A stretch of 64,000 nucleotides of DNA from an uncultured Candidatus Rokubacteria bacterium (lineage in GTDB: Bacteria > Methylomirabilota > Methylomirabilia > Rokubacteriales > DASRDR01): NCBI GenBank assembly GCA_963708025.1, contig CAVPSB010000010.1, positions 145,762 to 209,761 on the forward strand. The letters are read 5' to 3'. Both the position numbers and the translations under genes were made by a program. The notes beneath the pieces were generated by a model, which was not told the origin of the DNA, made no database searches, and was given only the letters and a program-made list of their open reading frames with translations. This document shows, piece by piece, positions 1 to 9,762 of this stretch. How positions within the stretch are numbered: the stretch's first letter is position 1; each line of letters opens with the position of its first letter.

Positions 1-2
1 CG

Positions 3-227
3 CTCCTGAACGGCGAGGACCTGAAGGCCCTCGGGCTGGCGCCTGGTCCGCTCTTCGGCCGGCTGCTGGCGGGTGTCCGGATGGCCCAGGTCACCGGGCG
101 CGTGCGCACCCAGGCCGAGGCCGCGGCCTGGGTGCGGCGGACCCTGGTCGGGGCGAGCGGGGCGGGGACGGGCGGCGCGACTAACGGATCGAGTCCGGAT
201 CCGAAAGGAGGAGGCGTGTGGCGATGA
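3..227 (+). CDS. 3' fragment of tRNA nucleotidyltransferase/poly(A) polymerase family protein (5' end outside window)
   Basis: Frame-3 translation from the window edge reads [44 protein letters not shown]..., resembling the C-terminal motif of CCA-adding enzymes. It ends TGA at 225-227, overlapping the pyrG ATG (ATGA). It is not in the ORF track because it has no in-window Met. Confidence 0.4.
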   Translation, partial: LLNGEDLKALGLAPGPLFGRLLAGVRMAQVTGRVRTQAEAAAWVRRTLVGASGAGTGGATNGSSPDPKGGGVWR

Positions 228-1837
228 AGTACATCTTCGTGACCGGCGGCGTCGTGTCGTCGCTCGGCAAGGGACTGGCGGCGTCCTCGATCGGGTGCCT
301 GCTGGAAGCCCGCGGCTTCCAGGTGACGCTCCTGAAGATGGACCCCTACATCAACGTGGACGCCGGAACCATGAGCCCGTACCAGCACGGTGAGGTCTTC
401 GTCACCGACGACGGCGGGGAAACCGACCTCGACCTCGGCCACTACGAGCGGTTCACGCGGGCCCGGATGACGCGGGACCACAATGTGACCACCGGGAAGG
501 TCTACCACACGGTCATCACCCGGGAGCGGCGCGGCGACTACCTGGGTCACACCGTCCAGGTGATCCCCCACATCACGGACGAGATCAAGGCGTCGATCCG
601 CAAGGTGAGCCACGACGTCGACGTCGTCATCGTCGAGGTCGGCGGCACGGTGGGCGACATCGAGGGGCTGCCGTTCCTAGAAGCGGTGCGCCAGTTCAAG
701 AAGGATGTCGGCAAGGAGAACGTGATCTACATCCACCTGACGCTGGTCCCGTTCATCCAGGCCGCCTCCGAGCTGAAGACCAAGGCGACCCAGCACTCGG
801 TGAAGGAGCTACGCGCGATCGGGATCCAGCCGGACATCGTGCTCTGCCGCACCGACCGCTTCCTGCCGCGGGGGATCAAGTCGAAGATCGCGCTCTTCTG
901 CGACGTGGAGGAGGAGGCCGTCATCACGGCCAAGGACGTGGAGACGATCTACGAGGTCCCCCTCGTCTTCCACCAGGAGGGACTGGACGGCATCATCGTC
1001 AAGGCCCTGGGGCTGCCGTCCCGACCGATCGACCTCACCGCCTGGGAGGCCATGGTCGGCCGGATCAAGAATCCGGTGCGCACCGTCCGGATCGCGGTGG
1101 TCGGCAAGTACATCGAGCTCAAGGACTCGTACAAAAGCCTGGCCGAGGCGCTGACCCACGGCGGGATCGCCCACGAAGCGCGGGTGGACGTCCGGTGGAC
1201 CGACGCCGAGCAGCTCCTGCAGGACGGGGCGGCGGCCCACCTCGCCGACATCGACGGCGTGCTGGTGCCGGGCGGTTTCGGCGATCGCGGGATCGAGGGC
1301 AAGATCGAGGCCATCCGCTACGCCCGCGAGCACGGCATCCCGTTCCTCGGGATCTGCCTCGGGCTCCAGTGCGCCGTCGTGGAGTTCGCCCGGCGGGTGG
1401 CCGGGCTGGAAGCGGCCAATTCCGCCGAGTTCGATCGCGGCACGCCCTACCCGGTGATCGACCTCCTGCCGGAGCAGCGGGAGGTGGAGGACAAGGGTGG
1501 GACCATGCGGCTCGGGCTCTACCCGATCGCGATCGTCGAGGGCTCGCTGGCCCATCGCATCTACGGCACGCTCCAGATCGAGGAGCGCCACCGCCACCGC
1601 TACGAGGTCTCGAACGAGTACCGGCGGATCCTGGAAAAGAACGGCTTCCGGGTCTCGGGCATCTGGCCCGAGAAGCAGCTGGTGGAGATCGTGGAGCTGC
1701 CCGATCACCCCTGGTTCATCGCCAGCCAGTTCCACCCGGAGTTCCGCTCGCGGCCGTGGGCGCCTCATCCGCTGTTTGCCGGGTTCATCGGCGCCGCGGC
1801 CGCCCGCCGGGCAACGGCCAGCGGGCGGGGCCGATGA
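224..1837 (+). CDS. pyrG: CTP synthase
   Basis: [17 protein letters not shown]... N-terminal synthetase domain and C-terminal glutamine amidotransferase domain. AAAGGAGGAGG RBS upstream. ATG at 224 overlaps the upstream stop (an alternative GTG lies at 218). Confidence 0.95.
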   Translation: MKYIFVTGGVVSSLGKGLAASSIGCLLEARGFQVTLLKMDPYINVDAGTMSPYQHGEVFVTDDGGETDLDLGHYERFTRARMTRDHNVTTGKVYHTVITRERRGDYLGHTVQVIPHITDEIKASIRKVSHDVDVVIVEVGGTVGDIEGLPFLEAVRQFKKDVGKENVIYIHLTLVPFIQAASELKTKATQHSVKELRAIGIQPDIVLCRTDRFLPRGIKSKIALFCDVEEEAVITAKDVETIYEVPLVFHQEGLDGIIVKALGLPSRPIDLTAWEAMVGRIKNPVRTVRIAVVGKYIELKDSYKSLAEALTHGGIAHEARVDVRWTDAEQLLQDGAAAHLADIDGVLVPGGFGDRGIEGKIEAIRYAREHGIPFLGICLGLQCAVVEFARRVAGLEAANSAEFDRGTPYPVIDLLPEQREVEDKGGTMRLGLYPIAIVEGSLAHRIYGTLQIEERHRHRYEVSNEYRRILEKNGFRVSGIWPEKQLVEIVELPDHPWFIASQFHPEFRSRPWAPHPLFAGFIGAAAARRATASGRGR

Positions 1838-1930
1838 GACACCCTGTGTCAACCCTCTCGTTCCGCCGACCTCGTACCGCGTCGGGACTGTGGGGCGCCC
1901 CCCCTCCCCCCGGCGGGTGGGGAGGGGTCG
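1838..1930 (+). repeat. repeat family 3 (stop-adjacent GAGACACCCTGTGTCAACC + C-run/G-run hairpin)
   Basis: Starts at the pyrG stop (TGAGACACCCTGTGTCAACC), then CCCCTCCCCCC-GGCGG-GTGGGGAGGGG hairpin and GGGGGTGGGGGTGGACCCCGATGAGC, which merges into MITE copy A. Confidence 0.6.
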
Positions 1931-2047
1931 GGGGTGGGGGTGGACCCCGATGAGCGTCGCCACGTTCATCTCGGTCGGGACGCGCTCGGCCTGCGTCGAT
2001 CGGCCAGCCTTCGGCCTGGGGGCGCTGCTCGCTCCTCGGCCCCGCCC
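1931..2047. repeat. MITE-like repeat family 1, short copy A
   Basis: GGGGGTGGGGGTGGACCCCGATGAGCGTCGCC...GCTCGCTCCTCGGCCCCGCCC. The ends are related to copies C and D but the middle module is missing. Confidence 0.7.
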
Positions 2048-2095
2048 CCGAGAACGGGCTCGTCTATCGCCGATTCGGCGAATCAGGGACTCTAG

Positions 2096-2926
2096 GTGAC
2101 GGCGCCCGTCCAGATCGGCTCGATCCGGATCGGCGAGGGCGCCCCGCTGGCGCTGATCGCCGGCCCCTGCGCCATCGAGGACGAGGCCCACGCCCTTCGC
2201 ACCGCCGAGCTCCTGGTCCGGGTCGCCGCCGAGGGCAAGGTCCCCTTCGTCTACAAATCGTCCTACGACAAGGCGAACCGCTCCGCCCTCGCCTCCTACC
2301 GGGGTCCGGGCCTTCGCGCGGGCCTGCGCATCCTCGCGCGGGTGCGGGAGGCCCTCGGCTGCCCGGTGCTCTCCGACGTCCACCTCCCCGACGAGGTGCC
2401 GGCCGCGGCGGAGATTCTCGACTGCCTCCAGGTCCCGGCGTTCCTGTGCCGGCAGACCGACCTGGTGGTCGCCTGCGGCCGGAGCGGTCGGCCCGTCAAC
2501 GTGAAGAAGGGCCAGTTCATGGCCCCCTGGGACATGGGCAACGTCGTGGAGAAGCTCCGGGCCAGCGGGGCGACGGGGGTGACGCTGACCGAGCGGGGCG
2601 CGAGCTTCGGTTACAACAACCTGGTGGTGGACTTCCGGAGCCTGGCCATCATGCGGGGCTTCGGGACGCCCGTGGTCTTCGACGCGACCCACTCGGTGCA
2701 GCTCCCGGGCGGGGAGGGGACGCGCTCGGGCGGCGAGCGCCAGTACGTCGCGGCGCTCGCCCGGGCGGCGGTGGCCTTCGGCGTCGATGCCCTCTTCATG
2801 GAGGTCCACGAGGCGCCGGACCGCGCTCCCTCGGACGGCCCGACCATGCTTCCGCTGGCCGAGCTGCCCCGGCTGCTCGACGAGGTCCAGGCGCTCCGCG
2901 CGGTGTTGGCGAGGTCCGGACGATGA
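2096..2926 (+). CDS. kdsA: 3-deoxy-8-phosphooctulonate (KDO8P) synthase
   Basis: 276 aa with the GPCAIEDE and KSSYDKANRS motifs of KdsA. GTG start. Confidence 0.9.
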   Translation: MTAPVQIGSIRIGEGAPLALIAGPCAIEDEAHALRTAELLVRVAAEGKVPFVYKSSYDKANRSALASYRGPGLRAGLRILARVREALGCPVLSDVHLPDEVPAAAEILDCLQVPAFLCRQTDLVVACGRSGRPVNVKKGQFMAPWDMGNVVEKLRASGATGVTLTERGASFGYNNLVVDFRSLAIMRGFGTPVVFDATHSVQLPGGEGTRSGGERQYVAALARAAVAFGVDALFMEVHEAPDRAPSDGPTMLPLAELPRLLDEVQALRAVLARSGR

Positions 2927-3888
2927 CGCCCGACGAGATCCTCAAGACCGCTCGCCGCGTGCTCGAGGTGGAGGCGGAGGCCGTCCGGGCGCTGACCGAG
3001 CGGCTGGACGACCGGTTCACGCGGGCTGTGCAACTGCTCCTGGCCTGCCGGGGGCGCGTCGTCGTGACCGGGATCGGGAAATCGGGGCTCGTGGCCCGGA
3101 AGCTGGCGGCCACCCTCGCCGCCACCGGGACGCCGGCGCTCTTCCTTCACCCGGCCGAGGCGGTGCACGGCGACCTCGGCATGGTCGTCCGGGGCGACGT
3201 GGTGGTCGCGCTCTCGAACAGCGGGGAGACCGGCGAGCTCCTGGCCCTGCTTCCCTCCATCAAGCGCATCGGCGCCCCCCTGATCGTTCTCACCGGCAGC
3301 GTCGGCTCCCGGCTGGCCGGGCACGGGGACGTCGTGCTGGACGTCTCGGTCCAGGAGGAGGCGTGCCCGCTCAACCTCACCCCGACCGCGTTGACCACCG
3401 CGACGCTCGCACTCGGGGACGCGCTGGCGGTGGCGCTCCTGGCGCGCCGGGGAATCAGCCCGGAAGACGTGGCGCGGGTTCACCCGGGGGGCGCGCTGGG
3501 CCGGCGCCTGATCCAGGTCGAGGAGCTGATGCACCGCGGGGCGGCGGTGCCCCGCGTCCGGGAGGACGCCCCGCTGGGCGAGGCCCTGGGCGAGATGACC
3601 GCCAAGCGGCTCGGTTGCACGACCGTGGTGGACGGAGACGGGCGGCTGGCGGGGATCATCACGGACGGCGACGTCCGCCGCGCGGTCGAGCGGGGAGGGG
3701 TGGTGCCGGCGACCGCCGGCGACCTGATGTCGCGCCGGCCGAAGACCGTGGGGCGGACCGAGCTGGCGGCGGCGGCTCTCGCGCTCATGGAGCGCCACGC
3801 CATCACGCAGCTCCTCGTCGTGGACGACGAAGGGCGGCCGGACGGGATCCTGCACCTCCACGATCTCCTGCGCGCGACCATCGCATGA
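2923..3888 (+). CDS. kdsD: arabinose-5-phosphate isomerase (SIS + tandem CBS domains)
   Basis: Internal ATG at 2923 overlaps the kdsA stop (ATGA). SIS motif VVVTGIGKSG and C-terminal CBS pair. The ORF-track entry 2446..3888 is N-terminally over-extended. Confidence 0.9.
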   Translation: MTPDEILKTARRVLEVEAEAVRALTERLDDRFTRAVQLLLACRGRVVVTGIGKSGLVARKLAATLAATGTPALFLHPAEAVHGDLGMVVRGDVVVALSNSGETGELLALLPSIKRIGAPLIVLTGSVGSRLAGHGDVVLDVSVQEEACPLNLTPTALTTATLALGDALAVALLARRGISPEDVARVHPGGALGRRLIQVEELMHRGAAVPRVREDAPLGEALGEMTAKRLGCTTVVDGDGRLAGIITDGDVRRAVERGGVVPATAGDLMSRRPKTVGRTELAAAALALMERHAITQLLVVDDEGRPDGILHLHDLLRATIA

Positions 3889-4430
3889 GGGGCGGCCGCC
3901 GGAGGCGACCGCCCTCGCGGGCGCAGCTGCGGCGCATCCGCCTGCTCATCCTCGACGTTGACGGCGTGCTCACCGACGGCCGGCTCTACCTGGGACCGGA
4001 CGAGGGAGAGTGGAAGAGCTTCCACGTCCACGATGGGCTCGCGCTCGTCCGCGCCGTGGCGGCGCGCTTCCCGGTGGCGATCGTCTCCTCGCGTAGCGCC
4101 CCGGCCGTGGCCCGGCGGTTCGCGGAGCTCGGGGTGGCCGAGGTCCACCAGGGCGTCGCCGACAAGCTGGCGCTCTACGAGGCGCTCTGCGCGCGGCACG
4201 ATTGCCGCGACGCGGACGTCGCCTGCATGGGCGATGATCTGCCCGATCTCCCGCTCCTCCGGCGTGCCGGGCTCGCGCTGGCCCCGGCCGACGCCGTGCC
4301 CGAGGTCCGGCGGGCCGCCCACTGGGTCAGCCGGATGGGCGGGGGCCGGGGCGCCGTGCGCGAGGTGCTCGAGGCCTTGCTCCGGGCGCGCGATGCCTGG
4401 GAGACCGACCCGGCTATCCGGGCGCACTGA
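3885..4430 (+). CDS. kdsC: KDO 8-phosphate phosphatase (HAD family)
   Basis: ATG at 3885 overlaps the kdsD stop. LILDVDGVLTDG (HAD motif I) and GDDLPDL motifs. The ORF-track entry 2787..4430 is over-extended. Confidence 0.85.
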   Translation: MRGGRRRRPPSRAQLRRIRLLILDVDGVLTDGRLYLGPDEGEWKSFHVHDGLALVRAVAARFPVAIVSSRSAPAVARRFAELGVAEVHQGVADKLALYEALCARHDCRDADVACMGDDLPDLPLLRRAGLALAPADAVPEVRRAAHWVSRMGGGRGAVREVLEALLRARDAWETDPAIRAH

Positions 4431-4446
4431 TTGAGATTCCACGGGG

Positions 4447-4469
4447 CTCCCGGGCCGGCCGCCCGGGGG
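4447..4469 (+). terminator. stem-loop downstream of kdsC
   Basis: CCCGGGC-CGGCC-GCCCGGG 7-bp GC stem 19 nt after the kdsC stop. No U-tract. Confidence 0.3.
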
Positions 4470-4580
4470 CGGGCGGCTCCTGTCATGTGGGCGAAATCCC
4501 CCTACGGATTCTTCGTTTACACCCGGCACGCTTTATGCTAGCGTGCGGTCAGACTTGAGGTCGGCACCGAGCGAGCCTCC

Positions 4581-5168
4581 ATGCGGCGACTCTCGATCGT
4601 CTTCCTAGCGTGCTTCGTGGCCCTCCTGGTCGGGCTGGGGGGGATGATTGCGTGGAAAATCCGGGGCCGCTCGACCCCGGCGCCCCCACCGACCACGGCC
4701 CAGGACGCCGACTACCGGATCCGTGAGATCCACATCAACGAGACCCTGGAGGGGAACCTGCGCTGGACCCTGGACGCGGATCAGGCCGAGGTCTTCGACA
4801 AGGAGCAGCGCACGGTCATGAAGAAGGTGGTCGTCCGCGTCTTCTCGAAGAACGCGGAGTGGACGGTCACGGCCGACGAGGGCGTGATGGGCAACGAGAC
4901 GCGGGACGTGACGGTGACGGGCAACGTGGTGGTGACCTCGAACGACGGCCTCACCATCAAGACGCCCGAGCTGTTCTGGCGGAACAAGGACCGGAACCTC
5001 TACACGGAGCAAGCCGTCGAGATCAAGCGGACGGGCACGACCATCACGGCACAAGGAATGGACGTCCGGATGCAGGACCAGGAGGCGGTGCTCCAGAAGA
5101 AGGTCCGGGTGGTCATCGAGAATCGCGCCAACGCCAACCTGGCGTTGTTCCCAAGGAGTGGCTCATGA
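4581..5168 (+). CDS. lptC: LPS export system protein LptC (membrane-anchored)
   Basis: N-terminal TM helix, OstA-like beta-jellyroll signature, position immediately upstream of lptA. Confidence 0.8.
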   Translation: MRRLSIVFLACFVALLVGLGGMIAWKIRGRSTPAPPPTTAQDADYRIREIHINETLEGNLRWTLDADQAEVFDKEQRTVMKKVVVRVFSKNAEWTVTADEGVMGNETRDVTVTGNVVVTSNDGLTIKTPELFWRNKDRNLYTEQAVEIKRTGTTITAQGMDVRMQDQEAVLQKKVRVVIENRANANLALFPRSGS

Positions 5169-5791
5169 GTCGCAGGAGTCTGGTGATCGTGGTGGTGGGG
5201 GTCGCGTTCGGTCTCACGGTCGGCGTCGGGGCCGGCGGAGCCCAGACCCGGACGCCGGCGCCCAAGCCCGGCGCCCCGGCGCCGAAGGCGTCGGGGGCGA
5301 CCCCCGGGTCGAAGCCGGGTGCGCGGTCGAACTCGCCGATCGTGATCGACGCCGACCGGATGGCCGCGTCGAAGAAGGACGGCATCGTCATCTTCGAGGG
5401 CAACGTGGTGGCCAAGCAGGACAACTCGGTTCAGACCGCCGACCGGATGGAGGTCTACCTGGACGACAAGGGCGAGCGCGTCCTGCGCATCGTGTCGACC
5501 GGGAACGTGAAGATCGTGACCGAGGACTGCCGGACCGGCACCGCCAAGCGCGCGGAGTACTACGACGACGAGCAGCGACTCCTCTTGCTGGGTGACGCCA
5601 AGGTCTGGCAGGAGGAGAACGTGGTGACCGGGGAGGAGATCGAGATCCTGCTCGCCGAGGACCGCAGCACGGTGAAGGGCGGTTCCCAGCGGGTCAAGTC
5701 GGTGTTCTATCCCAAGCGCGAGGAGGCCAAGCCGGACGCGGCCGCCCCGGCGGCCAAGAAGGAGGAGAAGAAGTCGGCCTCCTGCGGGTAA
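5165..5791 (+). CDS. lptA: LPS transport periplasmic protein LptA (OstA-like)
   Basis: ATG at 5165 overlaps the lptC stop. Signal peptide, OstA-like repeats, Lys/Ala-rich tail. Confidence 0.8.
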   Translation: MSRRSLVIVVVGVAFGLTVGVGAGGAQTRTPAPKPGAPAPKASGATPGSKPGARSNSPIVIDADRMAASKKDGIVIFEGNVVAKQDNSVQTADRMEVYLDDKGERVLRIVSTGNVKIVTEDCRTGTAKRAEYYDDEQRLLLLGDAKVWQEENVVTGEEIEILLAEDRSTVKGGSQRVKSVFYPKREEAKPDAAAPAAKKEEKKSASCG

Positions 5792-5832
5792 GGGCCGCGT
5801 CCGTCGCCCGTAGGGCGCGGACAACCGAATAG

Positions 5833-6552
5833 ATGGGCCTGGAGGCGCGGGGGCTCCAGAAGAGCTTCTGGCAGCGAAAGGTCGTTGACAACGTCAACCT
5901 GGTCATCAATCCGGGTGAGGTCGTCGGGTTGCTGGGCCCCAACGGCGCCGGCAAGACGACCACGTTCTACATGGTGGTGGGGCTCCTGCCCCCCGACCGG
6001 GGCCGGATCCTGCTGGACGGCGCCGACATCACGGCGCTCCCGATGTACCGCCGGTCCCGGCGGGGAATCGGGTATCTCCCGCAGGAGTCGTCGGTCTTCC
6101 GGAAGCTGACGGTGGAGGAGAACCTGTTGGCGATCCTCGAGACGCTGGACCTGACGGCCCGGGAGCGGGATGAGCGCCTCCACGCGCTGCTGCGCGAGCT
6201 CGCCCTGGACGGCCTGGCCAAGCAGCGGGCCTTCACCCTCTCCGGCGGCGAGCGCCGGCGGCTGGAGATCACGCGGGCGCTCATCAGCTCGCCGAGCTTC
6301 CTCCTGCTCGACGAGCCCTTCACCGGCATCGACCCGATTGCCATCGCGGACATCCAGGAGATCATCTCGCGGCTGAAACAGAAGGGCATCGGCGTCCTGA
6401 TCACGGACCACAACGTCCGGGAGACCCTGCAGATCACCGACCGGTCGTACATCCTCTACGACGGACAGATTCTGGTCGCCGGGACGTCGAAGGAGCTCGC
6501 GACCAACGAGCGGGCTCGAGAGATCTACCTCGGTGAGAAGTTCTCGCTCTGA
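5833..6552 (+). CDS. lptB: LPS export ABC transporter ATP-binding protein LptB
   Basis: Walker [10 protein letters not shown], signature LSGGERRR, Walker B LLLDEP. Lies immediately upstream of rpoN. Confidence 0.9.
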   Translation: MGLEARGLQKSFWQRKVVDNVNLVINPGEVVGLLGPNGAGKTTTFYMVVGLLPPDRGRILLDGADITALPMYRRSRRGIGYLPQESSVFRKLTVEENLLAILETLDLTARERDERLHALLRELALDGLAKQRAFTLSGGERRRLEITRALISSPSFLLLDEPFTGIDPIAIADIQEIISRLKQKGIGVLITDHNVRETLQITDRSYILYDGQILVAGTSKELATNERAREIYLGEKFSL

Positions 6553-6600
6553 CATGTCGGGCTGCACACGCTCAGTGGTGGCCTGGTAGGAGATTCGACC

Positions 6601-8049
6601 ATGGCCATGGAAGCTCGTCTCACGCTCCGGCAGACCCAGCGGCTCGTGATGACGCCGATGCTGCAGCAGGCCATCCAGCTCCTGCAGCTCTCGACGATCG
6701 AGCTTCAGGAGCTGCTCCAGAAGGAGCTGACGGAGAACCCGATGCTCGAGGAGTCGCCGGTCGAGGAAGGGCCGGCGCCGGAGCCGGTGCCCGACGTCCC
6801 GGCGGCCGAGGCCCCACCCTCCGACGCCCCCGCCGCCACCGAGACAACGCCGGAGGCTCCCGATCTGCCGTTCGACCTGACCGAGATCATGTTCGGCCCG
6901 CCCGACGAGCGGACCCTGGTCCAGCAGGAGCAGCACGAGGAGACGCGGTTCGAGAACTTCGTGGGCGGGACCACCTCGCTGGCCGATCACCTCTACGAGC
7001 AGCTCCGGCTTTCGGTGTCCGAGGGCGACGTGCGGCAGGCGGCCGACGAGATCATCGGCAACCTCGACGAGGAGGGGTATCTCCGGGCGACGCTCGCCGA
7101 GATGGCCGAGAAGACCCGACTCTCCGCCGCCGTCTTCGAGAAGGCGCTGGCCCTCGTCCAGACCTTCGATCCCCCGGGGGTGGCCGCCCGGGACCTACGG
7201 GAGTGCCTGCTCATTCAGCTCCGCGAGCAGACCGACCCCGACCCGCTGGCGATCGAGATCCTCGAGAGCCACTTCGAGGCCTTCCAGCGCTGCAAGTACG
7301 CGGAGATCGCCCGGGCGCTCAAGCGCGACCCGGACCGCGTCCAGGAGGCGGTGGAGGAGATCGCCAACCTCGAGCCCAAGCCGGGGCGCCGCTTCGCCCC
7401 CTCCGATACCCGGTACGTGGTGCCCGACGTCTACGTGTACAAGACGGAGGACGGGTTCGCGATCGTCCTCAACGACGACGGCATCCCGCGCCTCCGCATC
7501 AACCCCTATTACCGGAGCATGCTGGGCCGGGACAAAGACGATGGGGCCCGCCGGTACGTCGAGGACCGGCTCCGCTCGGCGATCTGGCTCATCAAGAGCG
7601 TCCACCAGCGACAGCGGACCCTGTATCGGGTGACGGACTCGATCGTGAAGTTCCAGAAGGAGTTCCTCGACCACGGGCTGCCCCAGCTCCGGCCGCTTTC
7701 GCTGCGGGACGTGGCCGAGGACATCGGGATGCACGAGTCCACGGTGAGCCGGGTCACGACGAACAAGTACGTCCAGACGCCCCAGGGCCTCTTCGAGCTC
7801 AAGTTCTTCTTCCACAGCGGGATCGCCACCGGCCGCGGCGAGATGGTGTCGTCGATCAGCGTCAAGAAGATGATCCAGGACCTGGTGGCCCAGGAGAATC
7901 TCCAGAAGCCGCTCTCGGACCAGGAGATCACGCGAAGCCTCAAGCAGAGCGGGCTCTCGATCGCCCGGCGCACCGTCGCGAAGTATCGCGAGGAGCTCGG
8001 CATCCTGCCGTCGCACCAGCGGAAGCTCGCCACCCGCAAGCGGGCCTAG
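6601..8049 (+). CDS. rpoN: RNA polymerase sigma-54 factor
   Basis: N-terminal activator-interacting region I (LQQAIQLLQLS), acidic linker, C-terminal RpoN-box ARRTVAKYRE. RBS GGTAGGAG. Confidence 0.95.
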   Translation: MAMEARLTLRQTQRLVMTPMLQQAIQLLQLSTIELQELLQKELTENPMLEESPVEEGPAPEPVPDVPAAEAPPSDAPAATETTPEAPDLPFDLTEIMFGPPDERTLVQQEQHEETRFENFVGGTTSLADHLYEQLRLSVSEGDVRQAADEIIGNLDEEGYLRATLAEMAEKTRLSAAVFEKALALVQTFDPPGVAARDLRECLLIQLREQTDPDPLAIEILESHFEAFQRCKYAEIARALKRDPDRVQEAVEEIANLEPKPGRRFAPSDTRYVVPDVYVYKTEDGFAIVLNDDGIPRLRINPYYRSMLGRDKDDGARRYVEDRLRSAIWLIKSVHQRQRTLYRVTDSIVKFQKEFLDHGLPQLRPLSLRDVAEDIGMHESTVSRVTTNKYVQTPQGLFELKFFFHSGIATGRGEMVSSISVKKMIQDLVAQENLQKPLSDQEITRSLKQSGLSIARRTVAKYREELGILPSHQRKLATRKRA

Positions 8050-8082
8050 CGCCGGTCAGCCGGGCCGGGCGGAGATGTCGGG

Positions 8083-8634
8083 ATGGAAACGCACATCAGC
8101 GGCCGCGGCGTTGACCTGTCCCCGGCGCTGCGACGCCGCGTCGAGACGAAGGTCGCCAAGGTGACCCGGTTCCTGACGAAGATCACCGAGGCGCGGGTGG
8201 TCCTGGAGCGGGAGCGCCACCGGCACCTGGCCGAGGTGACCCTCCAGGCCAAGGGCGCAACACTTCACGCCGAGGGCGCCGCCGGCGACTTCTACGCCGC
8301 CCTCGACCTGGCGGTGGAGAACCTCGCCCGGCAAGCGCGGCGCCGGAAGGACCGCATCCGGGCCCGCAAGCCGCGCCCGTCGCGCCTGGCGCCGGCGACT
8401 CCCGGGTCGCTGGCGATCGTCGAGGCGGGGGCGGCCCCGGGCGAGGGGCCGGAGGCGCCGGAGGTGGTGATCCGGCGGCTCGCCGCCAAGCCGATGTCCG
8501 TCGACGAAGCGCTCGAGCAGATGCGGGGCCGCTCGGACGGCCTGCTCGTCTTCACCAACGCGCGGAGCCGCCTGGTCAACGTCCTCCACCGCCGGCCGGA
8601 CGGATCGCTGGAACTGGTCCAGCCGGCCGGATAG
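8083..8634 (+). CDS. hpf: ribosome hibernation-promoting factor, long form
   Basis: S30AE/RaiA N-terminal domain plus C-terminal dimerisation extension. Canonical position after rpoN. Confidence 0.9.
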   Translation: METHISGRGVDLSPALRRRVETKVAKVTRFLTKITEARVVLERERHRHLAEVTLQAKGATLHAEGAAGDFYAALDLAVENLARQARRRKDRIRARKPRPSRLAPATPGSLAIVEAGAAPGEGPEAPEVVIRRLAAKPMSVDEALEQMRGRSDGLLVFTNARSRLVNVLHRRPDGSLELVQPAG

Positions 8635-8658
8635 GGAACCGCCGGGACCGAGCCGAGC

Positions 8659-9582
8659 GTGACGATACCCGCCGAGCAGCCCCGGAGCGACGCGTCCCGT
8701 GCGACGGAGCGGGAGGACTCGGATCGCCTGCGCCTCATCATCATCACGGGGCTGTCGGGCGCCGGCAAGAGCTACACCATCAAGTGCTTCGAGGACCTGG
8801 GGTACTACTGCGTCGACAACCTGCCCACGACGCTGATCCCCACGTTCGCCGAGCTGTGCGCCCATTCGACCCGCGAGATCCGGCGCATCGCCCTCGGCGT
8901 CGACATCCGGGAGGGCGAGTACCTCAAGCCGGTGGCCGAGGTCCTCGGCCAGTTGCGCGCGCGCGGCTACGCGACCGAGGTGCTCTTCCTGGAGGCGTCG
9001 GAGGAGAGCCTGGTCCGCCGCTACCACGAGACGCGACGGCGGCACCCGGTCAGCCCGACCCTCCTGGAGGGCATCCGCGCCGAGCGCCAGCTGCTGGCGC
9101 AGCTCCGGGAACTGGCCGACCGCGTGATCGACACCTCCCACATCACCGTCCATCAGCTCAAGCAGATGCTGGTCGAGCTGTACGGCGAGCGGGAGGCCCG
9201 GCTGGGCCTGAACGTCAACCTAGTCTCGTTCGGCTACAAGTTCGGGGTTCCCTACGACGCCGACCTCGTCTTCGACTGCCGGTTCCTGCCCAACCCCTTC
9301 TTCGTCGAGGCGCTGCAGGCCAAGGACGGACGGGCGGCCGAGGTGCGCCGATTCGTCTTCGACCAGGCCGAGAGCCGCGAGCTGCTCGCGCGCCTCCGGG
9401 ACCTGCTGGCCTATCTCCTGCCGCGCTACCAGCGCGAGGGGAAGGCCCACCTGACCGTCGCCGTCGGCTGCACCGGGGGTCGCCACCGCTCGGTCGCGCT
9501 CGTCGAGGAGCTGCGTGAGTTCATCGAGGCCCAGGGGTTGCCGGCGAGCGTGTCTCATCGCGACGTCAACCGCGAAGCGTAG
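8659..9582 (+). CDS. rapZ: RNase adapter protein RapZ (P-loop NTPase YhbJ family)
   Basis: Walker A GLSGAGKS, conserved RapZ C-terminal domain. GTG start. Confidence 0.9.
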   Translation: MTIPAEQPRSDASRATEREDSDRLRLIIITGLSGAGKSYTIKCFEDLGYYCVDNLPTTLIPTFAELCAHSTREIRRIALGVDIREGEYLKPVAEVLGQLRARGYATEVLFLEASEESLVRRYHETRRRHPVSPTLLEGIRAERQLLAQLRELADRVIDTSHITVHQLKQMLVELYGEREARLGLNVNLVSFGYKFGVPYDADLVFDCRFLPNPFFVEALQAKDGRAAEVRRFVFDQAESRELLARLRDLLAYLLPRYQREGKAHLTVAVGCTGGRHRSVALVEELREFIEAQGLPASVSHRDVNREA

Positions 9583-9700
9583 CGGGGCGAGAAGCGTCGC
9601 CCAGCGTCGTCCTCGGTCGTCGCCGATCCTCGGCGTACTCGGAGTACGCCTGTGGTCGGCGACTCCCTGCGTCCTAGCTGGGCTCGCTTCTCGGCCCGCT
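9581..9700. repeat. MITE-like repeat family 1, copy B (partial/diverged)
   Basis: Begins at the rapZ stop codon. TIR-like ends AGCGGGGCGAGA...TCTCGGCCCGCT. Contains the perfect palindrome GGCGTACTCGGAGTACGCC. Confidence 0.7.
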
Positions 9701-9762
9701 ATCGCGATCACTGGACGCAGGATCGAGTGCCCTGCGGCGGGGGGTCTGATAGGATCGAAGGG

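Noticed and set aside
73-393. Track ORF 73..393 and other short Arg/Gly/Pro-rich ORFs overlapping annotated genes
   Set aside because: Composition-driven. They overlap the real 3' gene fragment plus pyrG in other frames.
809-2809. Long minus-strand ORFs antisense to real genes (809..2809, 9220..11835, 12989..16327, 21440..24334, 24354..26543, 28980..31022, 33358..36711, 36243..37883)
   Set aside because: At ~70% GC, stop codons are rare in all frames. These ORFs lie opposite confidently identified genes (pyrG/kdsA, GH57, metK/ahcY, lptFG, valS, guaB/guaA, dnaE, accA), have Arg/Pro/Gly-rich low-complexity translations and no recognisable domains.
2446-4430. N-terminally over-extended track ORFs (2446..3888, 2787..4430, 9652..11853, 12503..13729, 18646..21801, 41227..42765, 43387..45516)
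   Set aside because: Upstream portions overlap the preceding gene in another frame. Conserved protein N-termini and stop/start overlaps identify the internal start codons used in the feature table.
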